Both the position numbers and the translations under genes were made by a program. Positions 55,043 through 64,000 of a stretch of DNA of 64,000 bases are shown one piece after another (the stretch's first letter is position 1; each line of letters begins with the position of its first letter). The notes under the pieces are model-generated. The model did no database searches and was not told where the DNA came from. It worked only from the letters and a program-made list of their open reading frames with translations. Source of the DNA: Owenia fusiformis (Eukaryota). Location of the stretch: positions 47,430,001 through 47,494,000 of the forward strand of contig CAIIXF020000001.1 in NCBI GenBank assembly GCA_903813345.2. The letters are read 5' to 3'.

Positions 55043-55145
55043 TTTATTAGAGTAATCCAGATCAGATTGTAAAGCTTGACCGCCCTGTGAACTCAAAAAT
55101 ATTTACAAACAGAATACACTTTGTATAAATCCGTAATATATAAAT
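55043..55145 (-). promoter_or_regulatory. HES 3'UTR: poly(A) signal, Brd box, Pumilio element, AU-rich pentamers
   Basis: On the mRNA strand: ATTTA (55141-45, 55126-30), TGTAAATA (55100-07), AGCTTTA (55070-76), AATAAA (55043-48). Confidence 0.6.
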
Positions 55146-55363
55146 ATATTTAAGTTACATAATTACTGCACAAAGGCCATTTGAGTCCAATTCCATTTGT
55201 ATAAAAATAGATAAAACAAATTCTACAAGAATTCTTAACAAGTGTAACAAACATGTTGTTGCCCTATCCACCTCCACGGTATTACGCACTGTTATTATCC
55301 AACTGCTAAAATCCATTGTTAAAACACAGTATTGGCCAAAATATCGCTGAACTATGCGAGAGG

Positions 55364-57963
55364 TCATCTTGACCATGGTCTCCAAACATCCTCTTCAAGT
55401 TGTTCCTGATCCACAGCGTCAACTTGTGGATTTGGGGATGGTTCGAGCACCGGGGGTTGATGCTGTTGTGCTATAAGCGACGGAGAAGTGTACTGGTTAG
55501 AGGATGCACAAACAAATGAGCTAGTACCCTCGAAAGGATTTGTATGTAAAGGGACAAGAGATGAGCCACCATGAACTTGCCCCGCTATCAAAAATGATTG
55601 TTTTGCTTCTGATGTGTTATGTCCGGTATTAGGGTGTGTTGCATTGTGTTGCGCTGGGGGTATTATGCCAACAGCAGGAATAATGTACTGAGGAATAGAT
55701 ACCCCACTCCCAATAACTTGACTCGGCACTAGTATCGCAATCTGTCCAGCACTTGCAGAAGGAAGTGTTGTCGGGATAGCAAATGTAGTAGTAGCATTTA
55801 CAGTTTGTGAAAATGTGCAGGTTGTTTCCAAATCAGTACTTGTTTTTGTATTAGACGTGTCCATGTCCATCCTTGGATGTACCGGCTCTTGGTTAGATGA
55901 TCTCATAGTTAGGTCTAATGCGCTAGAATACCCTCCACTAGTAGATGGGGCTGGGTTGTCGGAGCGCTCACCTGGTGAAAATTCGATATTTGAGCTACTG
56001 ATAAAGGATTCTGGTTTAGGTAATAGTAAAGGAGACTGGGTAGCAAGGACTGACTGAACAGATCTTGAACGCATTATAGGGACTACATGGGGTTTGTTGG
56101 CCTGAGTGTTAACGTTAGCGGCGAGGTGGGACAACAGCCGCCCCCTCATATGTACATCTATCCCATCAATCGTGGTTAGATATCGAGCCACCTCGTCAGC
56201 ACACTCATTATAGCCATCGTGATATTTGGCGACTGAATCCGGGTCTCGAACGGTCGCTGCAAAATAAAAGTAGAAGTAGCGTTTAGAAATTCAGTGTATT
56301 ATGCCTCACATAAAAGATTGCTCATTATCATTGGCTGGTGATTTATAATAGAAATTACCTTACCAAAGAACTTAACATAAAATGATACGAAGTGTCTTTT
56401 TAAAGAATTTTCCCATGAGTTTTTATTTTTAGTGTTTTGTTTATAAGTGATACATGATCTATTTGGGGAGCTAGATTATAGTAACATCACTTGGTTCATA
56501 CACGCGGAACGTCAATATTTGCTAGGATGTCCCAGGTTAATATTAATAATGATAAATGACACGTTTTATTTATCATGTCATCTAGGTTATAAACTGAGGT
56601 GTTGAAATGTATACACTCTCTAGAATTAAATTCTCCGAAACTTAAATCACTTTAATTTTATAAATTTCAGTTGCAATTTTGATTAACAAGGCATATTTAA
56701 TATATACAATTATTTAGCATATTGAAATAGTCATTGACATCGTTGAATCTATAAATCACATGAAATGAAATAACAAAAGGACGTGACACGTTAACAAAAA
56801 TATATGTGGGGATTTATTGACTAAAAAAGTCAAGAATACAAAGCTGAAGATGATAAAGTGTATTAAGCCTGACCCTCGCCTTGGCCTCAGTATTAGATGT
56901 ATACCTGAAAGGTTGGTCCTCTGGAGTTGGCGCAGATACCTAACCGTCATCTCCAAAATATCGGCTTTCTCCATCTTTGAATGTCTTGAGCCCTGTTAAA
57001 AAGAACATCATATCTTATGATTAATCGGGATCAATGAATACCTTTCAATGTAAGAATATTCGTGTATGCAACTTATGATTAGATTCCTAGTTCACCTATG
57101 TCACACTGATCAAATTTTTCTAAAGATCTATCCTTTATCACGACTAAGCTAGGAGCGTGGGAATATGCAAACCAAAGTTTACCAACATGTTTTTTATTAC
57201 ATTGTGCTAACTGATGTTTTGTCCCAAAAGGCAATTTCAGTTGAATTTAATTTTGTTTGCGCAGTACTATTCAATTCAATATTCGATCACGAGCAATAGT
57301 TTCAAAAGAAGAAATAGACCAAACGATTGTGAAACAATACAAATGGGGACATTTTTTCTTTGGTTGCAATTGCGCAAAAAATGTTTGGCGATACTTACTT
57401 TTGTTTTACGTTTAATCGTGCTGAACAAATCACACACTATAATTTACGTATTTACATTAGAAGAAAAGTTTGGAATTAAAATTCAACCAATGGCAATATT
57501 AGTTATTAAACGTATCAATACCCTACAAAGCGAATACATGTGATTTTTTCTAAAAGGCACGAGGTGAAATCAACAGCCGATTCATAAGAAATATAACTGG
57601 TATTGAGATTGGATTAATCCGACCAATTCATTATTAATCTTTGATATTTCCGTTTCATTAGGCATGAGATCAAATGAACTGTTCTTCATTTACCTCTTGT
57701 TTCATGAAGTCGACCAGGAGTCCTTTCAGCTCAGATAAGCACGTATTGATCCTCGCCCTTCGCCGCTTTTCCATCACGGGTTTATTACTCTAAACAATAA
57801 TCTTACGTAATATATTCATTCTCACTGCATCATAAATCTAATAATGGCGTTTGGAATTAGATATAATATGATTTATTTATGTATTACTTAAAAATGTCCA
57901 AACCTTTTTTGATGCATTTGCCTCTGCAGTGGACGACGATGACGTAACACTCTCAGACGCCAT
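55364..57963 (-). CDS. HES: HES/hairy-family bHLH-Orange transcriptional repressor (378 aa, 4 exons)
   Basis: Exons 57963-57904, 57789-57694 (96 nt), 56992-56905 (88 nt), 56256-55364. Basic region KKSNKPVMEKRRRARIN with the HES-diagnostic proline, helix 2 KMEKADILEMTV, Orange domain YHDGYNECADEVARYL, C-terminal WRPW followed by SR. Intron positions match the HES1-type layout. Confidence 0.95.
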
Positions 57964-58169
57964 TGTTTATTACACTTAACCGGTTCCAATTAGGCTTGAT
58001 CTGTTTGGCTGTTTATCGTTGTATTTTTCGCATGTCCAGGAGGACAGTTGAACTTCAATGAGATTAACCCTACACTGGAATCTGACGATGTTTCACGCTC
58101 GGCATCCAGCATACTACTAAGTTTAACTAGTTTAAGTTGAAAGATGATCAGATTTGGCAATGACAGAAA

Positions 58170-58900
58170 TGGAGCCGTGGGAAAGTTGCCGGTAAGTTTC
58201 AACATACCAGCGTAAGATCAATTGAGGTAAGTGCGCTATTCAATCCTGTTCAAAGCGCTGATGATTGGCTATACAAAGGTAAAACTGTTGACTCGAAGCC
58301 TGGCAACCTCCCCTGCTGCATCACTATCAATTAGGGACCAATCCCAGCCCGTAAAAACGAAGACGCGTGCCAAGACTATTGTATACCTGTGGGAAAACTC
58401 CGCCCCTATTTGCGCATATATTGAGCGAGAAAAAAACACGTCCTGTTACTGTATTATACACTTACCAAATAGGAGATCTGGCTGATCGTGGTTTTGAAGG
58501 AAATTCTTTGGCAATGACTAATGAGACACATGAGGCGACTGACGGTGGCACTTATCAAAGCATTGAATACCTGATCATGATAAGACAAAATTTGGAGACA
58601 AAGGGTTCTGCGTTTCTAAGAAAGTACAACGAACGGAAACTCAGATGTTGGCCTTTTGTCGACGTCCCCTTTAGTCTTACCATAGCAATGCACGATATAT
58701 ATCGGTGTCACAAATCAATATGTTCAATATAGCACTTGTCATTGATTATTCATTGTGTTTATTTCAACATTTACTTACCTTTTCAAAGCATAGAACCTGT
58801 TATTGCCTCTACATAAATAAAAAGTTGATGTGACATTTTGCTTAAAATCACAATGTTAAAGTTGGCCATATTTCAATATTATAAGCTAAACCGTGGGAAC
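58170..58900 (-). promoter_or_regulatory. HES upstream region with CSL/Su(H) sites, a class C HES site, CCAAT boxes and a GC box
   Basis: YGTGGGAA at 58176, 58388 and 58892; TGGCACGCG (minus strand) at 58364-58372; ATTGG at 58264; CCAAT at 58338; CCGCCC at ~58400. Confidence 0.7.
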
Positions 58901-59185
58901 TCATCGCTAGTAAAACTGCAACTCGAGATCAGAGAGACAGATAAATATACCATCAAATATAAACGAATACAACATTAAGATTTGACAGGATAAGTCACTG
59001 ACAATGGTAGATGTCAGTTGCCCCCAATCCGTCCGAGATTGAATAATAATATTTATTTCAATTGCGTGCCTATATTATATCAAAAGCAATTCATATCTCA
59101 CCGACAAACGACCCGAATAATATTCTAATCGTGACACATACATAGAAGACTTAAGATATAACTGAGGAAAACATAATATTAATTA

Positions 59186-60230
59186 GTATTTCATACTTGA
59201 GTGGGTTTGGGGTAGATATCACCCGGGAATATATATCATATCTGAGGAGCGGGCAGGATATATTGTATATGTCCCGCCCTAGGCCAAATGCGGGCAGATA
59301 TAATATACCCATCCCGCTCCCGGGAATTTTTTCAAAAGTTTAAAAAGTTTGAAAATTTAAAAAATTTAAATTTCAGAAGTTTAAAAATTTTCAAAAAGTT
59401 TAAATGTTACAATTCTATTGTATTGAGCTGAAGGAATATTATGAAAATGTTGAATATAAATTGTGCTTTTACAGTATAGGCCTTGTCATTTGAAAAAGGT
59501 GGTAAAGGTTATATCTACCCCAAACCCACTCAAGTATGAGATACACCAGTTATGTACGGTCGGGATATATCTGTATAAACCCTGTATCCAAAACCTCCCA
59601 GTACATAACCCTTATGTATTCCATACCTGATGAGGTTTCAGGGACATATCAACCGGGAATATATTCCATATCCGGGCAAATATTTTTCGTATGTCCCGCT
59701 CCAACGGAGCTCCGGGACATATAAATCGTATGTCCCGCTCAAAAAAAATTGAAAAATAAATTCGGGAAAAAAACTTTGAAAATAAAAATTTGAAAAAAAA
59801 ATTGTAAAAAAATTCTGAAAAAAAATTATGCAAAAAATGTGAAAAAAATGTTGGAATTTTTTTTTCATTTTTGAAAAAAATTGAAAACAAATTTGGAAAT
59901 TTTTTTTTTTTGAAAATGATAACATTTTGCAAGTAAACACACCAGAGCATATGGGATACATGCTTATTATTTCAAACCTCATCAGGTATGGAATACAACA
60001 GTTATGCACGGTCGGTTTGGATACAGGAAATATCCCTTGGGATATACAATATATCTTCCCTTGGTCCCTTCGGTCCCTCGGGAAGATATATTGTATATCC
60101 CTCGGCATCGTGAGATATCACAGCCTTCTCTCAGTGTCCTTCTTGTGCATAGCAGAGATGGTCTGAGTATCAGAATGATCCCTCGGGATATTCCCTGTAT
60201 CCAAAACCTCCCAGTGCATAACCCCTATAT
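59186..60230. mobile_element. Two tandem bipartite IR plus hairpin elements
   Basis: IR unit 59186-59544 (catacttgagtgggtttggggtagatat TIR) with a deleted hairpin unit at 59549-59611. IR unit 59615-59997 (tgtattccatacctgatgaggttt TIR) with a hairpin unit at 60000-60230 (cttcgg loop, ctatat end). Confidence 0.8.
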
Positions 60231-61347
60231 ACATACTTTTGAATAAGATTATATCTTAAAATACCATTGATCTCATTTCCAAGGGCAACGAATCGAAGAG
60301 ATTTTGATTTCACTATTTTGCCTGCTGAAACTAGCTTATTAGTATATCATCATCTATTAAAAACTAAGTACATACTCGTTATTCGCCCTGGACCAAAGCG
60401 GATAATGACCGTGGGCCCGTCACTGTTGCTCAGTGTAGTTCCTGAGATTGTCAAACCATGTTAAGTGTCGCAAACTCGCATTTCGATTCATGATGGGGAG
60501 GATATAATATGGAGATACTTTTAACACTGGCTGATGTTTTCACTCTGACTTGGAAAACAGGTTGCGCCATCTATAGTTTATTTATCGTTGACCCTCTTCA
60601 AATAGTGCTATCCTAACTTCAACATACTCGACTCACTTATTCATACTACTACTTTGTAGTATGTTCCAATCAGTAGACCATGACATCGTTGTACGAAGTA
60701 AATATTCTTTTGTTTTTACTTTAATTTACAATATGCGTCAAATATTGTTTTTATTCAAATGTGAAAGCATGATGACTGGAACAAAATAAAACTTAAACTA
60801 TAAAGGAAGAAAGATAAAATAAGAGTAAGAATTGATCAACAATTCTTCTTTTGGTTTTATTTTCACTGGATTATTCAATAATACAGGTCACGGTTATGCT
60901 ACAAACTGACTGTCTAACTCAGAAGACTTCATTTAAAAGAAAGATTTGAGAATATGTATTGTCTGTGTTCGTGTGGTTATAGAAGTGATAGTCATAAAAA
61001 CCAATAGAACATACCACCTACCAGTCTATGGTTAACAAATAACAATGGATAGTATGATCTTTAACATTCCAAACCACATACCATTTATAATTAACATTAT
61101 ATTTTATATTTTACTTGGGAAGAAAGTACTCTTTAATTCCATTTTATTACCATAAAAGACATAATTGCTACGTAAATTCTCTAAGGAATCTTAATAAGAC
61201 ACCTGGTTCAAGTATAACATTGACACTTTTTAATACACATTCACTTTTTTAATGGATCGAATATTCATTTTGGTTTGAGATCTATTTGTTCCACAGTTCA
61301 TAGTAATCCAATATAGTCTCCCATCAAACAATTTTAAAAAATATATA

Positions 61348-61738
61348 CAGAGTGACCAAAACAGTTTTTTGGGGTATTAAGTACTTTTATACAGTGCAAG
61401 ACAAAAAAGTAATCTTAATCTGTTGAGCTAATGTCTACACCAACAACAACCCTTGAAACATTGAAACAAGAGATAGGAGGAAAAATGAGAGTCATCACCC
61501 AAGATGTCTGTGTTCGGGTACTTCGACCGATATGTTTGCCTCCAGACACGACGCCAGCATTTTGTAGCATGTTTTGTAAAAATGACCACAACATATTGAC
61601 CATCGGGGATAGACCCATGCGATTTGGTAGAATGAAAGAACATTGACCAAGGTTTAATTTTCTAAAATATGACCATAAACCCATACTAAATGACTGAATA
61701 ATTAATTTTTGTTTGGGTTACCTTTTTGGCTCACCCTG
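61348..61738. mobile_element. Tc1/mariner-type MITE
   Basis: TA|cagagtgaccaaaa ... ttttggctcaccctg|TA; the right end is homologous to the reverse complement of 4579-4640. Confidence 0.65.
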
Positions 61739-62800
61739 TATGTAGTTTAAAAGTTGAAAGCTTTTAATGGCACCATTGAGGGGTTGTCTGACATATGAGC
61801 TCTGAAAAAAAAACTTCTCAATTTGCAATTTAAATTCTCCGTACCTATTGATCGGATTTCATGGAATAAAAAGTATCTTTGCTCTTGTACAGATGTGCGG
61901 CGAATAAAACTGATTTCTGTTCTAACCGACTTCGGGTACGAAAACGATCATTAGTAGACTATAGATCTCTCATGGCAATTATATACTTTATAGCCGTGTC
62001 TATATGACTAGGGCCATCGGGAATGTAACTTTTAATATCAATTCTTGCAACGTACTGAGAGGGTAATTCTTGGTTATTTTAGATATTCGAGAAATAATTC
62101 ATAAGGAAAAGTTTCCAGAAAGATTAATTAGATTTGTTCTGGTGGCCATTTTACTGAAGTGAACGTGAAGTGAAAGTGAAATCAATAGTTGACGATGCGC
62201 TGTTTAAACAATACCAATATGGAGTTAGATATTTTACTCCTTTAACATTACTGCGTGATCAATTTGTTCAATCATGTTTGGAAAATGTAGGTTACAGTTG
62301 TGTGCTCTCTTTTTGCCAATTCTTCCATTGAAATTGATGGGTTTTCCAATGCTTCGTGTTTCTTTTAACATCATTGGATTTACAAGATTTTCTTATTCCC
62401 AAAATGCTGTTATTCCACCAGTTATTCAATTCAATTTAATACATTCATACATGCATATTACGAGCATTTTCGAGAATTCAAACTATAATTAAATAAAAAT
62501 TATGTGGATATAAATGACATATTACTTAGAGTGTAAAAATAATTAATGTATAGTGTTACTGAAACGAAAGCTAGACAAACCGAACGTCTCGACTGATTGT
62601 TTAAGGTGCTTGGTATTACTTTAATTGAAATAATGTGATCATAATTATTATCCTATATGATAATCATGGAAGTAAGAAAAATGAAACGAAAATGGCTAGA
62701 AATGTAAATCTGACGGGGATGGGTGGGAATTTAAAGTTGGTATTCCTTTGCATCTTTTGTTTAATGTTAAAATAATATCACGAATATATGTGTGCAACTG

Positions 62801-62831
62801 CATATCATATCATATCATATCATATCATATC
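62801..62831. repeat. (CATAT)6 microsatellite
   Basis: Read directly from the sequence. Confidence 0.95.
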
Positions 62832-64000
62832 TCGCTTTATGATGCTCGCCACAATAGTAAGTTAACTATCAATAATGTATATATAAATATCGAAGCACAA
62901 AAGGGAAAGGACCAGAAACTATAAAGAAACCAAGCAAGAAAAACAAACTCTAAGTGTAAACCTTAAGAAAGATAGACACCATATATCCCAAAACCATGGT
63001 CTAACGTGAAAAGAAATAATGTCTAACATCCCCTTCTCCCCTCTAATCGAGAACCAATATCACATTCCAGGACCAGAACACCAAGGTACATTTCATTCAT
63101 ACTGAAGTCATTACAATACATGTTAAAGAAAACATTGAAAAAAAGATACTCATAAATCATAACATCAAAAATAGTTGTAGATACTACTCATCAAAGATGC
63201 ATTCAATCTCAAATGATGTGGGATAGACGAATTGATAGAAGTCTGGGATCTCCCATGATCGATCGTAAAATGTACGTGTCATATGGCATTGACCAAATAA
63301 ATCAGAGCACGAAAATATGTTATACGTTCACTAGCCAGGCACCAAGGTACAAATATTTCGTCTTGATTTCAAGTTTCTTGTTATGCGAGGTATAATCCAA
63401 CAATTTAATAAGAGATTTGGAGTTGGTCGAATTGGCTTGACATTCTAAAATGAAAGGTTCAATGCAAAACATGTGTTATATGCAATTCATGCAGGATGTC
63501 GAAGGTAACTCTAAAATATAAGTTTGTCGCATCGTTCTGAATGAAACAGGCGTATCCTATTGATTAGCACGCACTAAAACACTTATCTTGATGTATTATC
63601 GGTAAAAGATGGTCAATACGAGATCAGACGAGGCAACGAAATATTGGAGCAATTTTTCAGTCAGTCAAATACAGTCTTATGTTATCCAGAGGTATTTCCG
63701 ACCATAAGTACAGTATTTTTCAATTTATTAGCATAGAATGTAGATATTATCAAATTCAGTTGTCTAGAATGAAATGAATGAAAACATTGGAAAGCATAAG
63801 AAATTCTTATGGTAAAATAACATTGGATATGTTGTTTTCGAACTTTATTTCTTTCAGCACATTCCCCATTTTTGAATTCCAGAATAGTTTCATCACTGAC
63901 TCTTCTATCATTAACAGATTTATCCGTTCGTTCCGTTATACGATAACGCGACAAACGTCATTCGACACGATGCATACTGCATAGGATAATTAACGACATA

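Noticed and set aside
55364..55384. WRPW not at the extreme C-terminus (WRPWSR)
   Set aside because: Two-residue extensions are normal in HES1/HES4-type proteins.
55815..56057. Antisense ORFs over HES and ADCY3 exons
   Set aside because: Shadow frames of real coding exons.
59612..60108. Phe-rich ORFs of 112-156 aa
   Set aside because: They translate poly-A/T tracts inside a non-autonomous element.
62950..64000. Possible decayed Penelope-like RT (TYLDV...DG near 63580)
   Set aside because: A single weak motif in broken frames; needs a translated HMM search.

Overview
AT-rich, intron-rich eukaryotic DNA, most likely from a marine invertebrate (lophotrochozoan-like); the species cannot be fixed from the sequence alone. 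I reconstructed three intact spliced genes by hand, all with GT-AG introns and compatible phases. (1) An ADCY3-like transmembrane adenylyl cyclase on the minus strand: 18 coding exons, 2381-27233, about 1067 aa. (2) A tetraspanin on the plus strand: 7 coding exons, 38691-50990, 288 aa. (3) A HES/hairy bHLH-Orange-WRPW repressor on the minus strand: 4 exons, 55364-57963, 378 aa, with CSL/Su(H) sites, HES auto-repression sites and 3'UTR decay motifs. Introns and intergenic DNA hold a 5'-truncated, uninterrupted LINE RT, minisatellites and many non-autonomous DNA transposons. Two patterns stand out. First, four unrelated MITE families end in CAC...GTG with exact 5-bp target-site duplications, the Transib/RAG-transposon signature; one has a CACGGTG terminal heptamer. 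Second, a recurrent bipartite 'inverted-repeat unit + hairpin unit' element occurs about 9 times with divergent sequence but constant architecture.
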